The notes beneath the pieces were generated by a model. The model did not search any database, was not told the DNA's origin, and saw only the letters and a list, made by a program, of their open reading frames with translations. Positions 1 through 10,330 of a stretch of DNA of 64,000 nucleotides are shown in pieces. Source of the stretch: Nitrospinales bacterium (GTDB lineage Bacteria; Nitrospinota; Nitrospinia; Nitrospinales; VA-1); contig CBDCWG010000007.1 of NCBI GenBank assembly GCA_965223345.1, positions 313,302-377,301 of the forward strand. The letters run 5' to 3'. Numbering within the stretch: the stretch's first letter is position 1; every line of letters begins with the position of its first letter. The position numbers and the translations under genes were made by a program.

Positions 1-200
1 CCGCCGAAGTCCAGATTGCCCTTCTTACCAAACGCATCAACGACCTTACCGAACATTTCAAAACCCACGCCAAGGACCATCACTCGCGGCGCGGGTTGCT
101 CAAACTCGTCAGCCAGAGGCGCAAACTCCTCGATCACCTCAAAGAAGAGGACGCGAGACGCTACCAGGAAATCATCGCGCAACTGGGTATCCGACGATAA
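1..200 (+). CDS. rpsO: 30S ribosomal protein S15 (5'-truncated by window edge)
   Basis: Frame from position 3 reads [46 protein letters not shown]...LGIRR*; canonical rpsO-pnp order. Not in the ORF track. Confidence 0.97.
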   Translation, partial: AEVQIALLTKRINDLTEHFKTHAKDHHSRRGLLKLVSQRRKLLDHLKEEDARRYQEIIAQLGIRR

Positions 201-222
201 CTAAGGAACTGGAGAAGAATTA

Positions 223-2319
223 ATGGAAAAAGTAGAAATCGATATAGACGGGAAAGTAATATCTATTGAAGCTGGAGACCTCGCCCGGCAAGCCGGGGGC
301 GCGGTGGTGATCCGCCAGGGAGACTCGATGGTTCTGGTGACCGCCACGATGGCCAAGCAGGCCAAGGAGAATCAGGATTTTTTCCCTCTCACGGTGGACT
401 ACCGCGAGCGCACCTACGCCGCGGGGAAAATCCCGGGCAGCTTTTTCAAACGGGAAGCCCGTCCCGGAGAAATCGAAACGCTGACCTGCAGACTGATCGA
501 CCGGCCGATCCGGCCGTTGTTTCCCAAGGCGTTCTTGAATGAGACCCAGGTCATCTGCCTGGTCATCTCGCACGATCAGGTCAACCCGACCGACGTGGTC
601 GCCATCACCGGGGCCTCAGCGGCGCTGATGATCTCGGACATCCCCTTCACCACGCCCATCGCCGGCGCGCGCGTCGGCCGCATCAACGGCAACTTCGTGT
701 TCAACCCGACCTACGAAGAATCCGCCGACAGCGATCTCAACCTCGTGATGGCGGGCACGGCCGACGGCATCGTCATGGTGGAAGCGGGCGCCAAGGAGAT
801 GAGCGAGGAAACGATGATGAACGCGCTGGAGTTCGGACACGAGCGCATCAAAAAGATCATCGAAATTCAGGAAAAATTGCACAGCCTGCTGAACAAGGAA
901 AAAGTGGCGGTGGAAAGCGTGGAGCCGGACGAAGCGCTGAAATCCAAGACGGACAGCCTGGTGCGGGATAAGCTGGAAGCGGCGATGACCATTCCCGGCA
1001 AGCAGGAACGCACCGACACCATCAAAGCCATCAAGGAATCGCTGATGGCGGAGGCCAACCCCGAAGAGGACGAAGACATCAAACGCGATCTGGGCAGCAT
1101 CTACAACAGCCTGGAAAAAGAGGTGGTGCGCAACCTCATCCTGGACAAGGGATACCGTGTGGACGGCCGCGGCCTCAAGGACATCCGGCCCATCAGCATC
1201 CAGGTGGGATACGTGCCGCGGACGCACGGCTCGGCGATTTTCACGCGCGGCGAGACGCAGGCGCTGGTGACCACCACGCTGGGCACCTCGATCGACGAGC
1301 AGAGGATGGACAGCCTGGAGTTCAAGGGCAACAAGTCGTTTCTGTTGCATTACAATTTTCCCGCGTTCTGCACCGGCGAAGTCAAGTTCATCGCCGGGCC
1401 GGGCCGCCGGGAGATCGGACACGGCATGCTCGCGGAACGCTCCCTGATTCCGGTCCTGCCCTCCAAAGACGACTTCCCCTACACCATCCGCATCGTTTCC
1501 GAAATTTTAGAATCCAACGGTTCCTCTTCCATGGCCTCGGTGTGCGGCGGCGCGCTGGCGCTGATGGATGCGGGCGTGCCGATCAAGGAATCGGTCGCGG
1601 GCATCGCCATGGGCCTGATCAAAGAAGGCGACCGCATTGCCATCCTGTCGGACATCCTGGGCAGCGAGGACCATCTGGGAGACATGGATTTCAAGGTGGC
1701 CGGCACGAAAAACGGCATCACCGCGCTGCAGATGGACATCAAGATAGGCGGCCTGGACAAGCAGCTCATGTCCACGGCGCTGGAGCAGGCGCGCGAAGGC
1801 CGCATGCACATTCTCGGCGAGATGGCCAAGGTGCTGGAGACGCCGCGCACGGAGATGTCGGCGTACGCACCGCGCATCATCACCATGACGGTGCCGAAGG
1901 ACAAGATCCGCGACATCATCGGACCGGGCGGCAAGGTCATCCGCGAGATCATCGACAAAACCGGCGTCACCATCGACATCAACGACGACGGGGTCGTTTC
2001 GATCGCGTCTGCGGACGAGATGGCGGCGAACGACGCCATCAACTTTGTCGAAAGCCTCATCCAGGAAGTGGAAGTCGGCAAGATCTATCTCGGCAAGGTC
2101 AAGAAGATCGTCGATTTCGGCGCCTTCGTGGAGATCCTGCCGGGCACCGACGGGCTGGTTCACATCTCGCAGATCTGCGACCGGCGCATCAAGAGCGTGT
2201 CCGACGAGATTCAGGAAGGCGACGAGATCAAGGTCAAGGTGATCGACGTCGATTCCCAGGGCAAGGTGAAGCTCAGCCGCAAGGAGGCCCTGCGTCACGA
2301 AGCGGGCGTCGCGACCTGA
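223..2319 (+). CDS. pnp: Polyribonucleotide nucleotidyltransferase (PNPase)
   Basis: [49 protein letters not shown] motifs; C-terminal KH and S1 domains. Confidence 0.98.
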   Translation: MEKVEIDIDGKVISIEAGDLARQAGGAVVIRQGDSMVLVTATMAKQAKENQDFFPLTVDYRERTYAAGKIPGSFFKREARPGEIETLTCRLIDRPIRPLFPKAFLNETQVICLVISHDQVNPTDVVAITGASAALMISDIPFTTPIAGARVGRINGNFVFNPTYEESADSDLNLVMAGTADGIVMVEAGAKEMSEETMMNALEFGHERIKKIIEIQEKLHSLLNKEKVAVESVEPDEALKSKTDSLVRDKLEAAMTIPGKQERTDTIKAIKESLMAEANPEEDEDIKRDLGSIYNSLEKEVVRNLILDKGYRVDGRGLKDIRPISIQVGYVPRTHGSAIFTRGETQALVTTTLGTSIDEQRMDSLEFKGNKSFLLHYNFPAFCTGEVKFIAGPGRREIGHGMLAERSLIPVLPSKDDFPYTIRIVSEILESNGSSSMASVCGGALALMDAGVPIKESVAGIAMGLIKEGDRIAILSDILGSEDHLGDMDFKVAGTKNGITALQMDIKIGGLDKQLMSTALEQAREGRMHILGEMAKVLETPRTEMSAYAPRIITMTVPKDKIRDIIGPGGKVIREIIDKTGVTIDINDDGVVSIASADEMAANDAINFVESLIQEVEVGKIYLGKVKKIVDFGAFVEILPGTDGLVHISQICDRRIKSVSDEIQEGDEIKVKVIDVDSQGKVKLSRKEALRHEAGVAT

Positions 2320-2350
2320 TGGCTCTAAACCGGTAAAACCACACTTGCAC

Positions 2351-2403
2351 AGCCGGCAACGGCGGACTTTTCATACGGGTCCCGCTGTTGCCGGTTTTTT
2401 TTT
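2351..2403 (+). terminator. Intrinsic terminator of rpsO-pnp
   Basis: CCGGCAACGGCGG...CCGCTGTTGCCGG stem followed by a T9 run. Confidence 0.85.
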
Positions 2404-2411
2404 GCGCTGAG

Positions 2412-2495
2412 CTGTCATGCTGAGCCTGTCGAAGCATGGACCTGTCGCCCTTCGACAGAGCTTGCCTGAGCTTGTAGAAGGACTCGGGGTGACAG
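2412..2495. repeat. REP-like palindromic element, composite/nested copy
   Basis: GTCATGCTGAGCCTGTCGAAGCATG followed by an inverted CCCTTCGACAGAG...CTCGGGGTGAC; related copies at 43582 and 49275. Confidence 0.75.
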
Positions 2496-2499
2496 GATA

Positions 2500-3255
2500 T
2501 TAAAGCTGAATGTCCCATTCCTTCAGACCCTCGATGGTCTTGAAATGGGTGAGGTCGTAGTGGATGGGGGTGATGGCGATGTGGTTTTTGGAGACCATTT
2601 CGCAGTCGGTCTCATCGTCCACCTCGTCGAAGCGCATCTCGCCGGCCAGCCAGTAGTAGGTGTTGTTGCGCGGATCGACGCGCTTGTCGAAGGTCTCGAT
2701 CACCCGGGATTTCCCCTGGCGCGTGATCGCCACGCCCGCAAGCTGCTCTTTGGGTACCGCCGGGACGTTGATGTTGAGCGACACGCCCTCGGGCAGCCCT
2801 TTCTTCAAAACCGTGGGCACCAGCTTGCGGATGAACTCGGCGGCGGGGGTGAAGTCGGGATCCACGAAGGTGTCCAGAGACACGGCGATGGCGGTGACCC
2901 CCATGATCGAGGCCTCGGTGGCGGCGGAGACCGTGCCGGAGTATATGACGCAGGTTCCCAGGTTGCCGCCCAGGTTGATGCCGGAGATCACCAGCTCCGG
3001 CGGTTCGTCGAGCAGCACGGTGATGGCGATTTTCATGCAGTCGGCGGGGGTGCCGTTGACCGCATAGCCGATGAACTCGCCGTTTTCCACCACCTTGCGG
3101 GTCTTGAGCGGACTGGACAGGGTGATGGCGTGCCCGACGGCGCTCTGCTCGGTTTCCGGCGCCACCACCATCACGTCGGCGATCTTGGCGATCTCGCGGC
3201 GCAGCGTGCGCAGGCCGGGGGCGTTGATGCCGTCGTCATTGGATAGAATGATCAT
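2500..3255 (-). CDS. surE: 5'/3'-nucleotidase SurE
   Basis: IILSNDDG, APETEQSAVGHA, GTPADC, VISGINLG, YSGTVSAA; start moved to the ATG at 3255. Confidence 0.95.
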   Translation of the reverse strand: MIILSNDDGINAPGLRTLRREIAKIADVMVVAPETEQSAVGHAITLSSPLKTRKVVENGEFIGYAVNGTPADCMKIAITVLLDEPPELVISGINLGGNLGTCVIYSGTVSAATEASIMGVTAIAVSLDTFVDPDFTPAAEFIRKLVPTVLKKGLPEGVSLNINVPAVPKEQLAGVAITRQGKSRVIETFDKRVDPRNNTYYWLAGEMRFDEVDDETDCEMVSKNHIAITPIHYDLTHFKTIEGLKEWDIQL

Positions 3256-3355
3256 ATGAATACCGGGTCCCGCCCGGTGGCAAGAAGTTGCAGCGTATGA
3301 GAACGCTCCCGTCATCCGGCATGCCTGAAACATCCGGAATCCCCAGCGTCCGCGC

Positions 3356-3393
3356 AAAAAAACGGGCGGACCGGGATGGACCCGGTTCCGCCC
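3356..3393 (-). terminator. Intrinsic terminator downstream of ahpC
   Basis: GGGCGGAACCGGG/CCCGGTCCGCCC hairpin followed by T7 on the minus strand. Confidence 0.75.
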
Positions 3394-3454
3394 TGAATTC
3401 CTCAGTTTATCGAGGAAATCGAGGCTGAGTGGAAGGCGGATTGCGCCCCCGCAC

Positions 3455-4042
3455 TCAGTTGTGCTTGGAAAAATACTCCTTGGAGCCTTTCGGGTCCGCT
3501 TTCATGCCGTCGGAGCCATCCTGCCAGTTCGCGGGGCAGACTTCGCCGTTTTTCTCATGGAACTGCAGCGCATCGACCATGCGCAGCGCTTCGTCGATGT
3601 TGCGGCCCAGGGGCAGGTTGTTGATCAACTGGTGCTGGACGATGCCGTCCTTGTCGATCAGGAACAAGGCGCGGAACGCCACGCCGATGTCGGCGAGCAC
3701 GTCGTAATCCTGGCTGATCTGCTTGGTCACATCCCCCACCAGCGGGTACTGGATCTCTCCCAGGCCGCCTTCCTTGCGGTCGGTGTTCCTCCAGGCCAGA
3801 TGCGAGAATTTGCTGTCGATGGAAACGCCGATGATCTCGGTGTTGCGCTTTTTGAAGTCCTGCGCTTTGGTGCTGAACGCGATGATCTCGGTGGGGCACA
3901 CAAAGGTGAAATCCAGAGGATAGAAGAACAGGATGACATACTTGCCCCGATAGTCGGAAAGCTTGATCTGCTTGAACGATCCGTCGGGCATCACTGCATC
4001 CGCAGTGAAATCGGGCGCAGGTTTGGATACTAAATTGGGCAT
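3455..4042 (-). CDS. ahpC: Typical 2-Cys peroxiredoxin (AhpC/Prx1)
   Basis: [13 protein letters not shown] and [12 protein letters not shown] and YF motifs; AGGAG RBS before the ATG at 4042. Confidence 0.95.
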   Translation of the reverse strand: MPNLVSKPAPDFTADAVMPDGSFKQIKLSDYRGKYVILFFYPLDFTFVCPTEIIAFSTKAQDFKKRNTEIIGVSIDSKFSHLAWRNTDRKEGGLGEIQYPLVGDVTKQISQDYDVLADIGVAFRALFLIDKDGIVQHQLINNLPLGRNIDEALRMVDALQFHEKNGEVCPANWQDGSDGMKADPKGSKEYFSKHN

Positions 4043-4170
4043 ATTCAACACTCCTAGTGAATAACAGTTGGTTTGGAAAGGCCTTAATCTACCATAAAAA
4101 ACACCGGATATTCAATCGACTCCTCAACCGAAGGCCCTGGTTGCCAGCAAAGCTCGGCGTGTTTCAGGGT

Positions 4171-4210
4171 AAAAAAGAGCCCAGGGATTTTTTGCTCACC
4201 CTGGGCTCTT
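4171..4210 (-). terminator. Intrinsic terminator of the 4333-4839 gene
   Basis: AAGAGCCCAGGG...CCCTGGGCTCTT hairpin with a T-run on the minus strand. Confidence 0.75.
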
Positions 4211-4332
4211 CTTCCAGCCCCCCTCTGCCTGGCTTTGAGCACCGGGAATGTTCAGCAGCCACGGATTTCAAGGGGTTCTGGAGTGCATGCGCCGGGATTC
4301 GCAGGGAACCCGGCCCTATATCAGATTGTTCG

Positions 4333-4839
4333 CTACTTCACGTCCACCGTCATGATGATGAACGGCTTGTTGAGCTTGCTTCCCTGATGCGGCTCCACAT
4401 AGGTGCCATCGTAGTAATACCATTGCAGCGGTTCCATTTTTCCCAATTCCCTGGGATGGCGCGGCAGCTTCGACGGATCGAGGCCACTTTCGATCAATTT
4501 TGCCGGATTGATGTAGTAAACCACATCCTCGTGCGTGCTTTCGGGGTTTTGGGAGAAGTGGATCATGTTGTGCTTGGTCACGGTTTCCAGCATGCACATC
4601 TCCCCGCTCGCCCGGGTCGCATCGATGGGCTTCATTTTTGAGTCCGGGGTCAGGATATTGGCGATCACGTTGATTTCTTTTTTTGCATTGCCCTGCAGCT
4701 TCAAAACCGGACCGAACTCCTGCTTAATTCTTTCAAGCTCTTTTTCCGCGTCTGCACCTGCCCACGCACTGTTTCCCAGGAAGAAAAACAACAGGACAAA
4801 CGCCGCAAACCCTCTTTTCACTCTTTTTTCACTGCTCAT
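4333..4839 (-). CDS. Hypothetical secreted protein
   Basis: Basic N-terminus, hydrophobic stretch and SAWA cleavage site; GAGG RBS; own terminator. Confidence 0.75.
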   Translation of the reverse strand: MSSEKRVKRGFAAFVLLFFFLGNSAWAGADAEKELERIKQEFGPVLKLQGNAKKEINVIANILTPDSKMKPIDATRASGEMCMLETVTKHNMIHFSQNPESTHEDVVYYINPAKLIESGLDPSKLPRHPRELGKMEPLQWYYYDGTYVEPHQGSKLNKPFIIMTVDVK

Positions 4840-5214
4840 GGTTCACCTCTGAATCCGAAATGGGCTGTCCCCATTGGGGTGGCTGATTTCCCCGGCCACC
4901 GAGGACCGGGTTTTATCTATTGGGAAGATTTTAAGGAAGGCTGCGGAGAAAAAGTATCCCGGATCCTGTGATTTGCGGGTCAATTTTTATTGATTTCCTT
5001 ATCGATATTATTCGATAAGGGGACATCCAATGCCTGACCTTAAAGGGCAAGCAATGTCTTCGACAACCCTTTCATCGGCAACGAGGCCCCAACTACGAAC
5101 CGTAAAATCAATCCGTTTGCTGGCAGTCACCTGAGAGCTCGATTGCGAGCAACCCCGCCTGTGGATTTTTTCAATCGAGTGCCTCTGTCCAATGTGCGTG
5201 TGGCGTGGGGTTTC

Positions 5215-5243
5215 TTGACAGGTATCGAGCCGCCTTTTAGAAT
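5215..5243 (+). promoter_or_regulatory. Sigma70 promoter of the CDF transporter operon
   Basis: TTGACA (5215-5220), 17 bp spacer, TAGAAT (5238-5243). Confidence 0.75.
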
Positions 5244-5318
5244 GAAAGGGTTCTCTTGATTTTGAACGTTTCCTGGGAACTCCTTGTTCCGTCATCAGTC
5301 CGGCCTTCACGAGACCCT

Positions 5319-6212
5319 ATGGATTCACATATTGTGCAAAAACGGCTGAAAATCGCCATCTTCCTGACATTCCTGATTTTCTGCTTTGAGGCGGCGGGCG
5401 GCTGGATCGCCGGCAGTCTGGCGCTCCTCAGCGACGCGGGCCATATGTTCAGCGACGTGTTCGCCCTGTGCCTGAGCTGGGCGGCGCTCAGGATATCCAC
5501 CCTGCCCTCGACATCGACCAAAACCTACGGCTACCATCGGCTGGAGATCTTCGCCGCGCTGATCAACGGGCTTTTGCTGCTCGGTATGGCGGGCACGATT
5601 CTGTTCGAGGCGTTCGAGCGCTTTCAGAATCCGCAGGAGGTGCAAACCGGTCTCGTCCTTTTGGTGGGCGGCATCGGGCTCATCACCAATCTGGCGGTGA
5701 TCTATTTTCTCCGGGAACCGGGGCTGCATTCGGGGGACCTCAATGTGAAGAGCGCGCTCTACCATGTGCTGGGCGACACGCTGGCCTCGGTCGGGGTGAT
5801 CATCGGTGCCGGGGTGATGTGGGCGACGGGCTGGTACTGGGTGGATGCGCTGGTGGGCGCCGCGATTGCGCTGCTGCTGATCTGGGGCGCCAAGAACATC
5901 CTGTCCGATTCGGTGCACATTCTGCTCGAAGGCGTCCCCAAGGGCATCTCGGTGTCGGAAGTCAAACGCGAACTGACGTCGATCCCGGCGGTCCAGAACA
6001 TTCACGAACTGCACATCTGGTGCATCTGCTCCAACATCTACGCGCTCAGCACGCACGCGCTGGTGGGGGACGCCAAAGCCAACCCGTCGGAAGGGCTGCT
6101 GCGCGAGATGCAGGATCTTCTGCGCACCAAGTTCAACATCACCCACACCACCATTCAGTTCGAATCCATTCCCTGCCGCCAGGGCGAAGTCCTGTGCGAC
6201 ATGAACCACTGA
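5319..6212 (+). CDS. Cation diffusion facilitator (CzcD/ZitB-like Zn/Co/Cd exporter)
   Basis: SLALLSDAGHMFSD, TYGYHRLE, HVLGDTL, HELHIW, HTTIQFE; 6 TM segments. Confidence 0.93.
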   Translation: MDSHIVQKRLKIAIFLTFLIFCFEAAGGWIAGSLALLSDAGHMFSDVFALCLSWAALRISTLPSTSTKTYGYHRLEIFAALINGLLLLGMAGTILFEAFERFQNPQEVQTGLVLLVGGIGLITNLAVIYFLREPGLHSGDLNVKSALYHVLGDTLASVGVIIGAGVMWATGWYWVDALVGAAIALLLIWGAKNILSDSVHILLEGVPKGISVSEVKRELTSIPAVQNIHELHIWCICSNIYALSTHALVGDAKANPSEGLLREMQDLLRTKFNITHTTIQFESIPCRQGEVLCDMNH

Positions 6213-6219
6213 CCGGGCC

Positions 6220-6987
6220 ATGGAGATCCTTTTTCTGGGAACGGGAACATCGACCGGGGTCCCCTCCATGTGCTGCAACTGCGCGGTCTGCCGGTCCGAC
6301 GATCCGAAGAACAAACGCCTGCGCGCCTCGGTCCTGTTCCGCAGCGGCGACTACCACCTGCTCATCGACACCTCGACGGACCTGCGCCTGCAAAGCCTGA
6401 CGCACGGAATCCAGCACGTGAACAGCGTGCTCTTCACGCACCACCATGCGGATCACGTGCACGGCATCGACGAGCTGCGCAGCTTCAACTATTTCAACAA
6501 AACCTCGATCCCCTGTTACGGCAACGCGGAAACGCTGGAGGAGCTGAAAAACAAGTTCAGCTACATCTTCAACGGCACCGCGAAGCAGGTGGGCGGCGGC
6601 CTGCCGCAGCTGAGCCTGCACGCGGTGGACGGCACGCCGTTTTCACTGGGAGACCTTGCAGTCACGCGGCTGGACATCATTCACGGCAAGCTCCGGATCT
6701 CCGGCTACCGGATCGACGACTGCGCCTACATCACCGACTGCAGCGCCATTCCCGACGCAACGATGCAGCAGCTGCGCGGGCTGGATGTCCTCATCATCAA
6801 CGCGCTGGGTTTCGACCCGCACCCGACGCACATGTGCTTGAGCGAGGCGCTCAATGCGATCGAACAGATCCAACCCAGGCGGGCCTACCTCACGCACATC
6901 AACCACAAGTTCGACCACGACACGGTTTCCGCCGATCTTCCCGACAACGTGCAGCTCGCCTACGACGGGCTGACCGTGAAGGTTTGA
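6220..6987 (+). CDS. MBL-fold metallo-hydrolase, PhnP-like
   Basis: LGTGTSTGVP, CNCAVC, THHHADHVHG, YLTHINH. Confidence 0.9.
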   Translation: MEILFLGTGTSTGVPSMCCNCAVCRSDDPKNKRLRASVLFRSGDYHLLIDTSTDLRLQSLTHGIQHVNSVLFTHHHADHVHGIDELRSFNYFNKTSIPCYGNAETLEELKNKFSYIFNGTAKQVGGGLPQLSLHAVDGTPFSLGDLAVTRLDIIHGKLRISGYRIDDCAYITDCSAIPDATMQQLRGLDVLIINALGFDPHPTHMCLSEALNAIEQIQPRRAYLTHINHKFDHDTVSADLPDNVQLAYDGLTVKV

Positions 6988-7025
6988 TACCTTTTCAGAA
7001 GTATTGGTGAATCTTTTAAACAGCA

Positions 7026-7095
7026 GCCTCGCGCAAAGTCGCAAAGACGCAAAGCCCCCCTCACCTGTATCCTCTCCCCCCGAGTGGGGAGAGGA
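7026..7095. repeat. (CGCAAAGN)x3 mini-repeat followed by a CCCTCACC...CCTCTCCCC/GGGGAGAGG hairpin
   Basis: GCCTCGCGCAAAGTCGCAAAGACGCAAAG, near-identical to 59957-59985. Confidence 0.65.
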
Positions 7096-7166
7096 ATTAA
7101 GAAAAGCCTACATATCCAATTATTTTATTATCATCTTCTCTGTGATCTCAATTTTCCTTTAATACG

Positions 7167-7622
7167 TTAGCGTTCCAATTCGTCTAAAAGATTCTCAGCT
7201 TCTTCTTCAGACGCTTCACACATTTCGTGATCGAGCGCGATTTCAAGATAGGTCTTTACCTTTTCCAATTCCTTATCGCTGACCAGATAGAGTTTAGCCA
7301 ATTGTAACGCGGCTTCCCCCCGACCAGCCTGCAGTGATTTTTCAAAACAGGACTTTGCTTTTCTGAGATCCCCCTTCATGCGATAGGTGATTCCAAGGTT
7401 ATATAATGCTGTCTCGCTGCCTTTTTTTATTGCAACTACATCCCAATAGATGGATTTATCAAAATCCAATGACACCCCTTGCCCGTGCGCATACATATAC
7501 GCAACACGCACCATTGCATCCACATCCCCAGCTTCGGCAGCATGCAGAAATTGCTTAAAAGCAGCTTTAAACTCCCCATTATCTATTAGAGCATCCAATT
7601 CTTTGAATTTCTCAATATCCAT
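7167..7622 (-). CDS. Sel1/TPR-repeat protein (AT-rich)
   Basis: AAEAGDVDAMVRVAYMYAHGQGV and ALYNLGITY Sel1-type repeats; GAGG RBS before the ATG at 7622. Confidence 0.85.
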   Translation of the reverse strand: MDIEKFKELDALIDNGEFKAAFKQFLHAAEAGDVDAMVRVAYMYAHGQGVSLDFDKSIYWDVVAIKKGSETALYNLGITYRMKGDLRKAKSCFEKSLQAGRGEAALQLAKLYLVSDKELEKVKTYLEIALDHEMCEASEEEAENLLDELER

Positions 7623-7644
7623 ACAAACCTCTTTTCCCCTGACA

Positions 7645-7929
7645 TCAATAAAACCTGAGCGGCACGAAAATCCGGCGCACGAACCAGACCACGAAGAACA
7701 ACTGCACGAACAGGATTCCATACAACAGGGAGGGATCGGCTGCCAGTTTCAGCAGGATGGGAACTAAAATCACAAACGCCGCGATTCTGGAGACGACTTC
7801 ATAGCCCGTATGCAAATACAGCTTTGTATTGCAATCTGGGCAGGTGATGGGTTTGCGGCGGGAGACGAAAAGCTTTTTGGCAATGCGGATGGTGTTGCGG
7901 CCGCATTTCGGACAGTTGAGCGGCTTCAT
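7645..7929 (-). CDS. Small zinc-ribbon membrane protein
   Basis: CPKC-x19-CPDC followed by two hydrophobic helices; GGAG RBS. Confidence 0.7.
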   Translation of the reverse strand: MKPLNCPKCGRNTIRIAKKLFVSRRKPITCPDCNTKLYLHTGYEVVSRIAAFVILVPILLKLAADPSLLYGILFVQLFFVVWFVRRIFVPLRFY

Positions 7930-7979
7930 GTTCCCCTCTCCATCTTCGGCTCAAACGTGACTGAGGGGGAAATGTCCGG

Positions 7980-8264
7980 TCAATCCAGGTCGAAATCGCG
8001 GAGGGGTTTTTCGACGTTGCGATCGACCTTCTTGGCGGATTCCTTGAACTTCTCGGCCAGCAGGCGGTCGCGTTCTTTTTGCGTCTGACTGTGCTTTTTG
8101 AACAGGCTTTGCTGTTCCTTTTTCTGGGCGTCCAGGGTTTTGACCATGTCCGACAGGGACACCTCGGGCTTGGGTTTGTCTTCCTGCCAGATGACCTCCC
8201 CGGTCTTGATATCGACCTTCAGCTTGCTCTCGCAGCAGGGGCATTTGACATCGATGGTGCTCAT
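7980..8264 (-). CDS. Hypothetical protein (CPCC motif, coiled-coil C-terminus)
   Basis: MSTIDVKCPCCESKLKVD...PLRDFDLD; host-like codon usage; GAGG RBS. Confidence 0.75.
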   Translation of the reverse strand: MSTIDVKCPCCESKLKVDIKTGEVIWQEDKPKPEVSLSDMVKTLDAQKKEQQSLFKKHSQTQKERDRLLAEKFKESAKKVDRNVEKPLRDFDLD

Positions 8265-8503
8265 GATCGACCCTCGGATTGGTGGAAAACCGCAACCTGT
8301 CGGTTCAATTATAGCAAATTTCCGCCGACGGGCCACGCCCGGTGTTCTCCGGTTGCCGCAGGGCGGTCCGCCAAGAGCCCTTTCCCTGCAAAATACCGCC
8401 CTCCCCGCCCTGCCCTGCCGAAATCGCCTTTTTGGGGTGACTCTTTGGAAATCATCCTGTTATGCTTGGGCCGCACTCATCTCAAGCGCCCAGGAGCCTC
8501 AAA

Positions 8504-9198
8504 ATGCCGGGATTTTTCATCACAGGAACCGACACCGGTGTCGGAAAAAAACGGTGGTCACAGCGGCCCTCGCCTCGCTGTATCTGAAACAGGGCCGGGA
8601 CGTGGGGGTCCTGAAACCCATCGAAACCGGGGTGGACCCGCAATGCAGCTCGGCGGCCAATTCTGACGCCCGCTTCCTCATGGAGATCACCGGCTGTGCG
8701 GACGCGCTGCCGGAGGTCTGCCCGATCCAGCTCAAAACCCCCGCCTCGCCTCTCAGGGCGGCGCAGCTTGAGAACCGGGTTCTGGATCTGGAGCCGGTTT
8801 TCGCGAGCTTTCGGGCTCTGCGCGAGAAACACGAGATCCTTCTGATCGAGGGTGTGGGCGGGCTTTTGGTGCCGATCCGCCACGATTATCTGGTGAGCGA
8901 CCTGGCGCGCGAGCTCGACCTGCCGCTCATCGTGGTGGCGCGCACCTCGGTGGGCACGCTGAACCACACGCTGCTGACGGTCAAGGCGGCGGTGCTGGGA
9001 GGCCTGAAGGTGCACGGGGTGATCCTCAACCGCACGGCGCCGGGCGCAGGCGATGCGGTGGAAAACGCCAACGCGGAGATTCTTTCCAAAATCTCGGGTG
9101 TGCCGGTGCTGGGGGAGTTTCCCCACATCGGGGAGGTTTCGAAGGAGGCGTTCAGCGCGGAGCTGCTGAACGGAATTGCGGGCTGGGTCGATGTGTGA
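8504..9198 (+). pseudogene. bioD: Dethiobiotin synthase, frameshifted as given (pseudogene, slippage or sequencing error)
   Basis: AGGAG RBS and MPGFFITGTDTGVGK in one frame; TVVTAAL...LKPIETG...EGVGGLLVP...GTLNHTLLT in another; junction at A7, 8545-8551. Confidence 0.85.
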
Positions 9199-9239
9199 AT
9201 TCGCGGTTGTCAGGATTTCCGCAGGTTCACGCGTTCAAA

Positions 9240-9539
9240 CTATTTGGCTTCCTCTTCGAAAAAACTGAAACCCTTGCCGGGAACCAGCCGGTCGCCGAAA
9301 GAATCCACTTCTGTGAGTTCATCCACATACATCATGGGCGAATTGGACCGTTCATTCAAGACAGCGTCCTTCAGCTCTTCACGGATGAGATCCATGGCGG
9401 CGTCTTCCGCCTGCGACGGACTTTCGGCCTCAACACAACGGGTGGTCGAAAAACCGAAGTTGCGGATTTTATCCCCTTCATCCGTTTCTTCCTTCATCAT
9501 GAAATTTTCACCGTTGATGATCAGTACAAATTTTCTCAT
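9240..9539 (-). CDS. Hypothetical protein
   Basis: 99-aa ORF (MRKFVLIINGENF...GKGFSFF) downstream of the response regulator. Confidence 0.65.
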   Translation of the reverse strand: MRKFVLIINGENFMMKEETDEGDKIRNFGFSTTRCVEAESPSQAEDAAMDLIREELKDAVLNERSNSPMMYVDELTEVDSFGDRLVPGKGFSFFEEEAK

Positions 9540-9612
9540 GCCCACTCTGGAAGCGTGTTGCCAGGGATAAAGTCTTCTCACCGGAGAGCGCCCCGCCCTT
9601 TTCTACACAGAT

Positions 9613-10326
9613 CTATTTTTCGTCGGGCTCGGCGTTGAACTGGTAGCCTTTTTCGCGCACGGTCAGGATGTGCCGGGGTTTCTGCGGTTTCTTCTCGAAG
9701 TGTTTCCGCAAGCGGGCCACGAAGTTATCGACGGTGCGGGTTTCGGTTTCGGGGGTGTAGCCCCAGACGGTTTCCAGAAGTTCCTCACGCGTCACCACGT
9801 CGCCCTTTTTGGCCACCAGCAGTTTCATGATCTGGGCCTCCTTGGCGGTCAGGTAGAATTCCCCGTTGCAGCCTTTGGCTTTTCCGGTCTGAAAGTCGAT
9901 CCACATCTCGCCGAAATGCACCACACCCTGGTCGCTCACCGGTTGCTTGTACCATTCCCACCGTCTCAGGATCCCCTTGACGCGCAGCAGCAGCTCCGGC
10001 AGGTGGAAGGGCTTGCCCAGATAATCGTCGGCGCCCATCTCCAACCCGGCGGCGCGGTCGTCGTCGGTGGATTTGGCGGACAGCATGAGGATGGGAAAGC
10101 GGGTGTCGGTTTCGCGGATGTGCTTGGCGACCTCCATGCCGCCCATTTTCGGCAGCATGAGATCGAGGATCACCAGGTCGAATTCCTGGCTCTTGAGCAG
10201 CTCCAGGGCGCTGAGGCCGTCCTCGGCCACCGTGACGCTGTACCCCTCGCGCTCCAGGTTGAATTTGAGACCTTTGGCGAGGTGGCCCTCGTCTTCCACG
10301 ACCAGAATCTTTTTCTTGGTTTCCAT
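9613..10326 (-). CDS. OmpR/PhoB-family response regulator
   Basis: VVEDE, LDLMLP, GADDYLGKPF, winged helix RTVDNFVARLRK. Confidence 0.95.
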   Translation of the reverse strand: METKKKILVVEDEGHLAKGLKFNLEREGYSVTVAEDGLSALELLKSQEFDLVILDLMLPKMGGMEVAKHIRETDTRFPILMLSAKSTDDDRAAGLEMGADDYLGKPFHLPELLLRVKGILRRWEWYKQPVSDQGVVHFGEMWIDFQTGKAKGCNGEFYLTAKEAQIMKLLVAKKGDVVTREELLETVWGYTPETETRTVDNFVARLRKHFEKKPQKPRHILTVREKGYQFNAEPDEK

Positions 10327-10330
10327 AGGG

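Noticed and set aside
5008..5310. 100-aa ORF or riboswitch in the long gap before the CDF gene
   Set aside because: No protein-like features, it overlaps a consensus promoter, and I recognised no riboswitch core.
8098..8503. N-terminal extension of the 366-aa BioD ORF
   Set aside because: It overlaps a minus-strand gene; the real N-terminus with RBS and P-loop is in another frame at 8504.
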